Positions 36,344 through 45,104 of a DNA stretch of 64,000 nt are shown in pieces. The DNA is taken from positions 62,001-126,000 of the IMG/VR virus record IMGVR_UViG_3300015265_000001. One strand, given 5' to 3'. Both the position numbers and the translations under genes were made by a program. The notes beneath the pieces were generated by a model. The model ran no database searches and was not told the origin of the DNA. It saw only the letters and a program-made list of their open reading frames with translations. Each line of letters starts with the position of its first letter. Position 1 is the first letter of the stretch.

Positions 36344-36376
36344 TGGGGCTTTCCTACCGTTAGTTAACCAGGGAAT

Positions 36377-36380
36377 CATA
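36377..36380 (-). promoter_or_regulatory. Candidate late promoter (gcTATG)
   Basis: TATG 34 nt upstream of the minus-strand operon that includes the virion RNAP subunit. Confidence 0.4.
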
Positions 36381-36382
36381 GC

Positions 36383-37165
36383 ATGAGCACTAAGCAAGTA
36401 CAAAAGAAAGCCAAACGCGCCCAGGCCTCCAAACAGAAAAAGAAACGGGCCAACGTGGAGCGTAACAGCATTCAGTTCAACCTGGGTCGTCGTGAGATGG
36501 CGCGTATCGCCAAGACCCCTGAAGGTATCCAGGCAGCCGAAGCCAAGCTGCGTTACGACATCGCCACCAAGGGCGTGCTGCAAACGGCACTCGACCTGAA
36601 GAAGGATTTCGAGAAGACCAAGGAAAAGCTGAACAACATCGAGGTGCTGAAAGGCATCAACCAGATGATCCCAATCCTGGGTAACATCCACGGTGTGGTT
36701 GAAGTCACCAGCAAACTCGTCGACATGAAGAAGACCACCCTGACCTCCGAAGAGCAGGGCATGATCGACGAATACGATCGCAAGGTTGTGGGTATCGCTG
36801 AAGACATCCACGCGATCTTCGAGTTCATCAACAAAGAACAAGAAGTCGAAGAGTACATCGAAATCTTCATGCACTACACCGACCTCCTGGCCGAAGTGAC
36901 CGAGTTCAGCATTCCTGAGCTGATGGAAAAGGTGCTGCGTCCTCGCGAAGAAATCATCAACGAGTACGTGCGCGAACACAAACACGAAGGCGAAGACAAC
37001 TACACCTTCGGCATGCGCCTGCACGGCGAGCGTATCACCCGCGTCCAAGCGGTGTACCGCACCCTTCCGGCCGGTGAAGTTCCGTCTTCTGTCAAGAAAC
37101 CAATCGAAGGCACCATTCTTCCTGAAGATGCTTTCGAAGACATCGGCGCCAAACAAGTCAACTAA
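36383..37165 (+). CDS. Conserved hypothetical protein with a basic N-terminus
   Basis: 260-aa ORF with strong codon bias. Confidence 0.7.
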   Translation: MSTKQVQKKAKRAQASKQKKKRANVERNSIQFNLGRREMARIAKTPEGIQAAEAKLRYDIATKGVLQTALDLKKDFEKTKEKLNNIEVLKGINQMIPILGNIHGVVEVTSKLVDMKKTTLTSEEQGMIDEYDRKVVGIAEDIHAIFEFINKEQEVEEYIEIFMHYTDLLAEVTEFSIPELMEKVLRPREEIINEYVREHKHEGEDNYTFGMRLHGERITRVQAVYRTLPAGEVPSSVKKPIEGTILPEDAFEDIGAKQVN

Positions 37166-37187
37166 CCATTACGCAAGGAAGTAGTAC

Positions 37188-38918
37188 ATGAGTACCGATC
37201 TCCCTCAAGATCCACTGGAACAAGATTCGCCGGCTGAAGTTGTAGCCGCAAAACCTGCTCCAGCTCCAGCACCTACCTATCGTGATGTGCATACTGCTGC
37301 CAACACCACGATGAAAGAACGACTGGTCCCTGAAAACGAAGTCATCCGTGACCTCACCGAAGAAGAGCGCCGTGACGGCGGTTTCCTGACGGTTTTCCTG
37401 GGTAACCGTAAAGAAGACATCCTCAAGGCCCAAGGTCTGATCGGTCGCTGGTTGGCTTACAGCGGCGCCAAGGCGGTGTTCGATGAAGAGCGCATGCCTG
37501 AATCGGTGTTCAAGAAGGCCGAAGCGGATTGGCTTCAATTCATCGAAGCAACCTTCCCTGGTAAAAGTTCTGACGAAGTGTCTACTCACGCCAGTGAGCT
37601 GTACGCCTTCATGTCGGAAGTCCAGGACGAACTGAAGATCCGCACCACGATCCTCAATGAGGCTGGTGTGTCCAACGTCTCCAACCGTGGTGGTGTGGTT
37701 ACTGGCGACATCGTGGGTAAGAAACCTTCGGCCTCGACCAAGGGCTTCTCGCATCGTGAGAACATGCGTCGTCGTGCTGCTCGTAAAACCTCGAGCGGTT
37801 CTGACAAGCTGTCTTACGACGTGCTGTGCCGTGACTCGTTTGCACTGTTCGCCTTCTCGCGTACCAACCATACCGAGATGGGTTCTCTGATCAACGACAT
37901 CCGTCGCACCATTACCGGCTACGTTCAGCAGATCGGTAACAACAGTGCTGTGTTGGCACGTATCGCTTCGATCCGGGTAATCTGGAACTTCATTGCGAAA
38001 CGCATCACCAACGCCAGCGTAACGGATCTGGCAGACTTCAACCAGCTCGCCAACGTGATCCTGTTGACGGACATGGATGCGATCATCACTGCGCTGATCG
38101 AGTCCACCAACAGCAAGGGTATCAACCTGAACCTGCGCTGCTTGTCTGGCAGCTGTGACTGGGAAGCCTTCAACCTGGTGCAGGCGTCGAAGCTGCTGCG
38201 TCAACGTCACCACATCACGTCTGACGAAGATGAAGCTATCTACGCCAACCTGATCAACGGCCACGCCAAGTACACCATGGAAGAAACTCGTGCGATGAGC
38301 CGTGCTTCGACCTATGGTCTGGAAAGCAACCGCGTCTACAACGACGATCGTTCGATGTACCTGGAATGCGCTCCGCCTACTCTGGCTGAAGCCTTTGCTG
38401 CGTTCGACTTCTTCATCGGCGAAATCAACCCTGAGCTGGCCGAGATCCGCACCAAGGTCATCGACCCGGCGGAATACCAGACCCAGGTCACGATGGTCCA
38501 CAACAACCTCGGTTCTACCGAGTTTATCCACTGGGTGCAGAAGCAAGTTGACCTGCCGGCGGAAAACACCGACGAGGAAGAAACCGTATTCCTCCGCAGT
38601 GAGATTCCGGATGCTGAGTTCAACGGCGGTCTGATGGACGTGCTGCGCGACCAGGAAGACCTCAACCGCAACCTGGTCAAGTTCGTCCTGAACAAGACGC
38701 CGTACATGTCGCGTACCTTTATGGGTGTGCGTAACTACGTGTGTCCGAAGTGCCGGAAGAACATGGGTGACCTGGAAGACCCTGAAGGTCTGCTGGATCG
38801 GAAGTTGGGCTACACCCCAATCGACCCTGTTATGAGTTTTTTTACCCTCACCCAGTGGGCAATCCTCAAGCAGACGTCCGTACAAAGCAAAGTCAAGTCC
38901 GAAGCCCTCTCGGAATAA
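37188..38918 (+). CDS. Putative baseplate-hub/tail assembly protein (T4 gp26-like region with Cys motifs)
   Basis: 576 aa with RCLSGSC and CPKC motifs and an AAGGA RBS. The function is inferred. Confidence 0.55.
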   Translation: MSTDLPQDPLEQDSPAEVVAAKPAPAPAPTYRDVHTAANTTMKERLVPENEVIRDLTEEERRDGGFLTVFLGNRKEDILKAQGLIGRWLAYSGAKAVFDEERMPESVFKKAEADWLQFIEATFPGKSSDEVSTHASELYAFMSEVQDELKIRTTILNEAGVSNVSNRGGVVTGDIVGKKPSASTKGFSHRENMRRRAARKTSSGSDKLSYDVLCRDSFALFAFSRTNHTEMGSLINDIRRTITGYVQQIGNNSAVLARIASIRVIWNFIAKRITNASVTDLADFNQLANVILLTDMDAIITALIESTNSKGINLNLRCLSGSCDWEAFNLVQASKLLRQRHHITSDEDEAIYANLINGHAKYTMEETRAMSRASTYGLESNRVYNDDRSMYLECAPPTLAEAFAAFDFFIGEINPELAEIRTKVIDPAEYQTQVTMVHNNLGSTEFIHWVQKQVDLPAENTDEEETVFLRSEIPDAEFNGGLMDVLRDQEDLNRNLVKFVLNKTPYMSRTFMGVRNYVCPKCRKNMGDLEDPEGLLDRKLGYTPIDPVMSFFTLTQWAILKQTSVQSKVKSEALSE

Positions 38919-39391
38919 TCGAAAGGGTCAACAATCGAATACCTTTCAGCCCTGTGTTCGTTCAGGTTAACAATAACCTCTTGGGTAAGTCCATGTCGGA
39001 AGTTACTCCGGAGGCTATGTCGTTTAACGAGTCCATGTTGCATGATTTGAACATGAACTACTACACCCCTGCCACCATGGATCCGTTCTCCTCAGTTGCT
39101 TACATTCCTGGGGAGAACGAGTTTTACCATGAGTGGTCGTTTAAATCTGTCGGCAAACGTTATGGGTATAACAAACTTCACGAGATCCTTCCTTTGAGGG
39201 ATTACATGGAGATGCCCATGTGTATGCTCGATGATTTGCTCACAGGGGTGACTGAGGGACGCGTGCAGCGAGATACCTTCGATAATCCACCTGATCCTTC
39301 CGGTAAGTCCAAGATGCCGAACATGAAGGATAGCAACAACGATCTGAAAGAAATAATGCGACAACTGGGTTTGGACAAAAAAATGCTTTAA
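38855..39391 (+). CDS. Downstream partner ORF in the -1 frame (candidate frameshift extension; alternative start 38993)
   Basis: The frame is open from 38786 across the T7 run and overlaps the upstream gene. No well-spaced strong RBS. Confidence 0.65.
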   Translation: MGNPQADVRTKQSQVRSPLGIIERVNNRIPFSPVFVQVNNNLLGKSMSEVTPEAMSFNESMLHDLNMNYYTPATMDPFSSVAYIPGENEFYHEWSFKSVGKRYGYNKLHEILPLRDYMEMPMCMLDDLLTGVTEGRVQRDTFDNPPDPSGKSKMPNMKDSNNDLKEIMRQLGLDKKML

Positions 39392-39497
39392 CTACCGCCT
39401 GCCTCCAGGGTCCCTCCGGGCCCTGGGGGTATGGCCGTATTTTATGCTGAAACCATTTTAAATGGTAGCCTATAACTCTCTACGAAAGGGCCCTTTC

Positions 39498-40133
39498 ATG
39501 AGCAAAAATGATTACACGCCACCTGAGAGCGAAGATCTCAGTGGTGAAGAGACCCCAGCGGTCGCTGCTAAATCCGCAGCACCGGCTCCTCTCATTCTCG
39601 CCAATACCGCGCCAAAAGAAACTGCTCCTGCCGAGGCTACTTTCCAGGCAGAGCCGCTGGTCATCAACGTTGCCAAGATGGTTAACGCCAAAGGCGATGC
39701 GACCACCGACGTTATGGTTGCGCGTATCAACCGTCACGTGGAATTCCTGGCAGGGCGTAAGCGCTTCAAGGACAAGAAGGAAGAGCAGGACGAACAGATC
39801 AGTTTCATCGAGACGATCGGTAACTCCATGCGCCTGGACTTCGAACAGTTCGCCATCGTTACCGACGACCTGCTCACCGTCGTCCGCGCCAACCCCGAAG
39901 TGTTCTCCGGTGGTCTGGCCTTCCGTTACACCGTCGGTCTGGACAAGAAATATCCGGCTCAGGCCATTCGCCTGTACCACACGTACATTCAGTTCCTGAG
40001 CATGGTCGCCAAGAACTGGGAAGCGCGGTACAAGCTGAACTCGTTGATCGATCTGGCCAGTGTCATCACTGACCTCAATCGCAAGGGTAAGGAAAACGTT
40101 ACTCAGTACTTCCGCTACCTGACCAACGTGTAA
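39498..40133 (+). CDS. Conserved hypothetical protein with a Pro/Ala-rich N-terminal linker
   Basis: ATG at 39498; TATG motifs at 39430 and 39443 upstream. Confidence 0.7.
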   Translation: MSKNDYTPPESEDLSGEETPAVAAKSAAPAPLILANTAPKETAPAEATFQAEPLVINVAKMVNAKGDATTDVMVARINRHVEFLAGRKRFKDKKEEQDEQISFIETIGNSMRLDFEQFAIVTDDLLTVVRANPEVFSGGLAFRYTVGLDKKYPAQAIRLYHTYIQFLSMVAKNWEARYKLNSLIDLASVITDLNRKGKENVTQYFRYLTNV

Positions 40134-40187
40134 CCACCCCCCACAGCCGTCAAATTCACACAACCCCTCCTTGCAAGGAAAGAACAA

Positions 40188-41273
40188 ATGGAATACGTAG
40201 AAGGCTCCTACCAACCTGATGGCGACGGCTTTGGTCTTCCCGATGTACCGCATGTCGAGATCATGTTCGAGGCCCTCAAAGACTCTGCCGATCAAATCGA
40301 CGCAGACGTGACGGGTACCGAATCCCTCTCCCTGACCCAGGCTCAGGTTTACGCTCAAGGCGTGCTGATGTCCGCTGGCGTTATCAGCGGTGCTCAAGTG
40401 ACCGGTAACGAAGGTGTGTTCTCCGCCATCGGCAACGGCTTCAAAGCGGTGTACGACTACATCGTTAAAACCTTCAAGTCCATCTGGGACTTCTTCTTCA
40501 GCCGTGACAGCGCCAAAGACGCTGAAGTGGCCAAAGAAGCCTGCAACGAAAACGCTGCTGAACTGCAAGCGGCTGTTTCGGGCACCCAGGACGAAGCCAC
40601 CGCTGACAAACAACTGAACGCGATGGCCGGCAACGTATCCGAAGGCACCGCCAAGGACATTGCTGCCGCGAAGAAGAAAGGCCTCAAAGAGAAGCGTGAC
40701 GCTGTCAAGGCCGCTCTGAAAGAAATGGGCAAGATGAACAAGAAGGCTCAGGCTACCCTGGCCAACGTTGTGGCTGCTGCTGTTAAGGCGAAGAAGGCGT
40801 TCCTCACCGCTTCTACCGCTGACGGTAGCGATAAAGAAAAGCAGGCCGCTGCTCACCTGTCGGGCAATACCGATTTCACCGACAACGCCGTCGATATGGC
40901 CGGTATGGTTACCAAGTTCATGACCCGCGACGCTCAGTTCCTGAGCAAGCTGGAAAAGGCTCCTACCATTACCGAGCCGGCCGCTGCGATCCAGTTCAGC
41001 AAAGACTGTGCCGCCAACATCGTGTCTCTGAAAGCGTTCTCCGACGAATTCAAGAACAAGAAGTCGGCTATCGACAAACTGCTGACCTCGGCCGAAGCGA
41101 AAATGAAGAAGGCCAAAGATGCGAAGGACAAATCTGAACTCCAGAAAGACATCGCCGCTCTGCGTGTGATCGTTGGTACTGGCGTGAAGGTGTCCAAGCT
41201 GATCGAAGCCAACTACACCCGCGTTACCGATGCGTCCAATGCCCTGAACAAGGTCTTTGGTATTGCTGCATAA
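40188..41273 (+). CDS. Internal head protein paralog (propeptide plus amphipathic helix)
   Basis: VTGTES and VTGNEG followed by VFSAIGNGFKAVYDYIVKTFKSIWDFF. Confidence 0.7.
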   Translation: MEYVEGSYQPDGDGFGLPDVPHVEIMFEALKDSADQIDADVTGTESLSLTQAQVYAQGVLMSAGVISGAQVTGNEGVFSAIGNGFKAVYDYIVKTFKSIWDFFFSRDSAKDAEVAKEACNENAAELQAAVSGTQDEATADKQLNAMAGNVSEGTAKDIAAAKKKGLKEKRDAVKAALKEMGKMNKKAQATLANVVAAAVKAKKAFLTASTADGSDKEKQAAAHLSGNTDFTDNAVDMAGMVTKFMTRDAQFLSKLEKAPTITEPAAAIQFSKDCAANIVSLKAFSDEFKNKKSAIDKLLTSAEAKMKKAKDAKDKSELQKDIAALRVIVGTGVKVSKLIEANYTRVTDASNALNKVFGIAA

Positions 41274-41287
41274 GCGTCGATCGTGAA

Positions 41288-41329
41288 TATAAGCTCTCCT
41301 ACTCCTTTACGGGAGTAGGAGAGCTTATA
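41288..41329. terminator. Bidirectional terminator, CGYAAA-loop family (minus orientation)
   Basis: Perfect 18-bp stem with loop tttacg. Confidence 0.85.
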
Positions 41330-41335
41330 GCTGCT

Positions 41336-43195
41336 TTACGCGGCTTCTTTAATTGCTTCTGGTACAGCTTGGGCTTGACGTGCTTCTCGTTCTGCTTTTG
41401 CTTTAGCAGCACTTTCTTGCAGTTGCTTCAACATGTCGCCGTAACCCAGTTCTTCCAAACCTTTCTCAAAGTCGGATTGCAGTTTGTCTGCTTGTGGGAA
41501 ACGGAACAGGTCATGACTCAGACCCATGGCATTCGCTTGAGTACTGCTGGCATAGTTCACGGCAATCTCCCGGAACTTCATGTCGTTAGCACCCTGAATG
41601 GCATAGACTTCCATCTGAGTTGTTTTGTTTGCAGCATTCGCCGCAAGTGTGCCAGTTGGGTATGCACCCTCAACGTCAAGGTCGTCAGTGAGACCACGCC
41701 CCGCACTGATAACGTCATCCAGTCCGATAAAGATAGCCCGACCCATGTCCGCGTTCTTCTCGGTATCGAGAAGGGCAATCCAGTTGTCGAGTGTCGGTAG
41801 ACGTTCAGTAAAGGTCTTATCACGTTTAGCAGGCGTGCTGCCCCAGACGTAACCATGCTCACGCGCAATGAAGGACAGGGTGTCAGCGATCAAACGTGGT
41901 TGCGAAACGAAGTTGAAATACTCCGAGTAACGCAACAGCATTGGAATCGACAGAACAAAGTCCAGAGTGTTTTCGTTGATCTCTTCGATCGGGAAGTTAT
42001 CCCCGATGTTGTACATCGAATACAGATACGGATAATGCTTCTGCATGTATCGATGCCACTGAGGAGACCCTGGAAGCTTATCCATGCCTTCTTCGGTATA
42101 CAGCTTACCCTTGACCTTCTCCCGTTGTGCAGTCGCCTCCAACGAGTAACTCTCGAGCTTACCCGAAGAGAACCGTTTGATGGCATAGCCCGACATTGCA
42201 TCTGCCCATTGCCATGTAGCCACACAACGAACAGTTGGGAACTTCTCTTGCGGTTCAAGTGGAGTACGGTCGCCGTTCTCTTTAACCTTGTGAGTACGAC
42301 CAAGGTTGAGTTCGTACATCCGGTACTCTTTTGGAACACGAGGATCGCAATACACGTCGGCAAGGTTATAACCCTCAGACCGCAATGCACGCTCACACGC
42401 TTCCATATCGTAAGCTGCGTTCCAGCTCAGTACCCAGTCTGGTTCCCACTCGTGGAACTTCTGAATACACGCAAACGCTACCTGACCCGGCGTATCAAAC
42501 AACTCATACTGAACCGTACAGCCTCGACGATCCAAATGTTCTTGCAGATACTTCTTCTCGGCCGCTTTTAACTCAGCCAAGATCGCAAAGTCGGTTAATC
42601 GTATCTTGGGGTCGATCTTGTCCTGTCGGCTCTGATACCACCCACGACAGGCTGCGAAGTAAGCTTTGTCTTTCATGGTGACCGAAGCCATCATGATAGG
42701 TTTCACTTCACCGATTGCTTCCATGTCGGCTTCAACGTCGAATGCCGCAATGGTGTACTTTTCTTTTTCCTGGTATTCCGCATACCGTTTAAAGAACTGT
42801 TGCTTCAAATGCACGGCAGGTGTTTGATCAAGACCAAACACATACTGAATACCTTTACCCGATTTGATGTCGTAGATCGTTGAGCTACGGTCAGCTGCCC
42901 CAAACAGCTGCTTCTTTACTTCAAACGGGATCTGGCGACGGTTGCAACGATACTCACGAACATACCGCTCTTCGATGTAATCCTTAGGTTGCTGAAACTT
43001 GCGGTGCTGTTCCTTGATGATCCAGAACGGCTGTTTGTAATTCTCGTAAGACTTGAAGGTTGTGGACCGAGTACCGTCCTCATGGATGTTGGTGATCTTC
43101 GCTGTGAGGAGGTCTTTGGTTTTGTCCCAGCGATGCTCTGAATAATGAGCATGTTTGCAGACTTTCGCGATAATTGGTGAAAGATTTTGTGTCAT
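41336..43195 (-). CDS. Split family-B DNA polymerase, 3'-5' exonuclease plus region-II subunit (phiKZ gp82-like)
   Basis: ExoI FDVEAD, ExoII WNAAYD, ExoIII YNIGD and region II DLDVEGAYP. Start MTQNL (43195) has an AGGA RBS. Confidence 0.88.
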   Translation of the reverse strand: MTQNLSPIIAKVCKHAHYSEHRWDKTKDLLTAKITNIHEDGTRSTTFKSYENYKQPFWIIKEQHRKFQQPKDYIEERYVREYRCNRRQIPFEVKKQLFGAADRSSTIYDIKSGKGIQYVFGLDQTPAVHLKQQFFKRYAEYQEKEKYTIAAFDVEADMEAIGEVKPIMMASVTMKDKAYFAACRGWYQSRQDKIDPKIRLTDFAILAELKAAEKKYLQEHLDRRGCTVQYELFDTPGQVAFACIQKFHEWEPDWVLSWNAAYDMEACERALRSEGYNLADVYCDPRVPKEYRMYELNLGRTHKVKENGDRTPLEPQEKFPTVRCVATWQWADAMSGYAIKRFSSGKLESYSLEATAQREKVKGKLYTEEGMDKLPGSPQWHRYMQKHYPYLYSMYNIGDNFPIEEINENTLDFVLSIPMLLRYSEYFNFVSQPRLIADTLSFIAREHGYVWGSTPAKRDKTFTERLPTLDNWIALLDTEKNADMGRAIFIGLDDVISAGRGLTDDLDVEGAYPTGTLAANAANKTTQMEVYAIQGANDMKFREIAVNYASSTQANAMGLSHDLFRFPQADKLQSDFEKGLEELGYGDMLKQLQESAAKAKAEREARQAQAVPEAIKEAA

Positions 43196-43212
43196 GGGTT
43201 TATCCTGCATTT

Positions 43213-43216
43213 TATG
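43213..43216 (+). promoter_or_regulatory. Candidate late promoter (TATG) for the head operon
   Basis: TATG in the short divergent spacer upstream of the virion genes. Confidence 0.35.
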
Positions 43217-43278
43217 CCCGCTTTTAGCGCTATATCAATGGCGTCCCAGTATTAAATATCTTTGAGGAGTACAGGTGC

Positions 43279-44682
43279 ATGATCTCGATGGATTTTTTGA
43301 AACGGCCTGTTGGAGGACTGGAGTTCATTAACTTCCAGTCAACTGACTTTTATCGCAAGATGTCGACGTACCTTGAAGGTCAGATCAGTCCAGACGGTGT
43401 CCTGAGCAAAGAATCCATTCCAGGAATCAAAGCACTCATCGAGGAGTTCACTGGCTTCAAGAACATCGACATGAAATTCTCGAAGAGCGGTAACCTGAGT
43501 GTTGACACCGGTTACTTCTCGCCGAACCATGTGCTGAACAACGCCATGGTAGACGAGCTCCTGAAGCCTACCCAGACCACCATGTACCGTTGGTTCGTAC
43601 AGAACAAGGACAAGGTGTTCAAAGGCGGCATCGATTACAGCACTGGCAAAGTGCTCGGTAGCTTCCAGACTGTTCCGGTAACCTTCCAGATCAACCCCGA
43701 TCTCCACGCAACCTTCCCCGCAGAAAAGGTGAAAAAGTTCGGCGTTCCCCTGGGCGGCATTCTGTCTGGCGCCATTGCTCATGAAATGGGTCATGTGTTC
43801 AGTGGCTGTATGATGCTGCTCACGATCGCTTCTGACAACGTTTATCTTAAGAGTGCTCTACGGTACTACCGAGAAGCCGAAGACGTCTCAGATCGCGTTG
43901 TGGTGCTCAAGGACGTTGCTTCCCTGCTGGACGTACCGGCAGCCAAACAAGGTGAGCTGCAACAACTGGCTCAAGACCGTGACGACAAAACCGTCTTCCT
44001 CTACTTCGACAAATTAATCGCCCAACGTAATATGCGACGTAGTTTGTCAGTGGGCGTAGAAGCTATGTCTTCCGAAGTAGTGGCCGACATGTACGCGATC
44101 CGCATGGGTTGTGATAAAGGCATTATCGCCGCTATCGGTATCCTGACTGACCAGGGCTGCATCATGACTGTGGTAAACAGTTTGATGATCGCCGCAGTGA
44201 CCACCATCATCGCATTGCCGGCCTGGATCTCCATGACGGTCTCTGTCGGCATGGCAGGTGCGTTCTTCATGGCGCTGGTCTTCTATATGTTTATCTTTGT
44301 CCTGAACTACTTCAGCAAAGGTTACTCGGGGGTCTACAACGCCGACCACCGTCGCTTTGAAGACGCTGCTCGCCAGTTGATTCAAAAGCTGAAAGAAGAC
44401 GACAAGATTCCGTCCTCCGAGAAGAACACCTTGGCTAATGAAATTCAGGTACTGTTGGCGCACGCCAATACCCTGCGTCCTTGGTACGAGAGTACCGTGA
44501 TCCATCGCTTCATGGGTTGGGTGTTCAGCCAGGCTGACTTCAAGGCTCAAGAAGTTGAACACTACACCTCTGTGGTCGCCAACCATGAGGTGAACACCAT
44601 CGCTGTTAAATTGGCCAACCTTAAAGCACGTCGTGATGGAACCGACAAAAGTCGGGAAGAAAACAAGACGTACGAATTCTAA
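43279..44682 (+). CDS. Virion protein with an M48-like zinc metallopeptidase signature and a hydrophobic segment
   Basis: HEMGH (43780-43794), a downstream EVVAD, and a hydrophobic stretch of about 50 aa. Confidence 0.7.
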   Translation: MISMDFLKRPVGGLEFINFQSTDFYRKMSTYLEGQISPDGVLSKESIPGIKALIEEFTGFKNIDMKFSKSGNLSVDTGYFSPNHVLNNAMVDELLKPTQTTMYRWFVQNKDKVFKGGIDYSTGKVLGSFQTVPVTFQINPDLHATFPAEKVKKFGVPLGGILSGAIAHEMGHVFSGCMMLLTIASDNVYLKSALRYYREAEDVSDRVVVLKDVASLLDVPAAKQGELQQLAQDRDDKTVFLYFDKLIAQRNMRRSLSVGVEAMSSEVVADMYAIRMGCDKGIIAAIGILTDQGCIMTVVNSLMIAAVTTIIALPAWISMTVSVGMAGAFFMALVFYMFIFVLNYFSKGYSGVYNADHRRFEDAARQLIQKLKEDDKIPSSEKNTLANEIQVLLAHANTLRPWYESTVIHRFMGWVFSQADFKAQEVEHYTSVVANHEVNTIAVKLANLKARRDGTDKSREENKTYEF

Positions 44683-44708
44683 CCCCTCCCCTTGCAAGGA
44701 ACTTTACC

Positions 44709-45104
44709 ATGTCGCATTTGATCCATGTCATCGAATTCAAGAAAGCCCTGACCGAGAAGGGTATCACCTGCCCGATCGAGCAAAGCAAGCTGCTGGCCGA
44801 ACCTTTCACCCGCGCCCTGATCCGTCGTTCGTACCGTCTCGGTGGTTGGACCACCGCAATGGATGAGTGCACCTGGGCCATGCTGGAGAAGTGGAACTCC
44901 GTGTCCCCTATCCCGGCAGCGCTGATCCACAAACAAGCCCAGGTTCGCATCAACATGCTGAACGGCGCGATGATGAACACCGGTACTCTGCCGTGCAAGA
45001 AAGGCTACACCTCCATCGTGAACGACATCGACGTGGGTGAACTGCCTTCCTGCTCCGTCCTCACCGATTACCTGGTACGCGAACTGGAGGCCAACCGTGA
45101 GTGA
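44709..45104 (+). CDS. Small putative virion protein
   Basis: 131-aa ORF with an AAGGA RBS in the head operon. Confidence 0.65.
   Translation: MSHLIHVIEFKKALTEKGITCPIEQSKLLAEPFTRALIRRSYRLGGWTTAMDECTWAMLEKWNSVSPIPAALIHKQAQVRINMLNGAMMNTGTLPCKKGYTSIVNDIDVGELPSCSVLTDYLVRELEANRE

Noticed and set aside
36344-37156. N-terminal 270 aa of the 572-aa minus-strand ORF 35438..37156
   Set aside because: This is the antisense shadow of gene 36383..37165. The real gene starts at MNIETD (36343).
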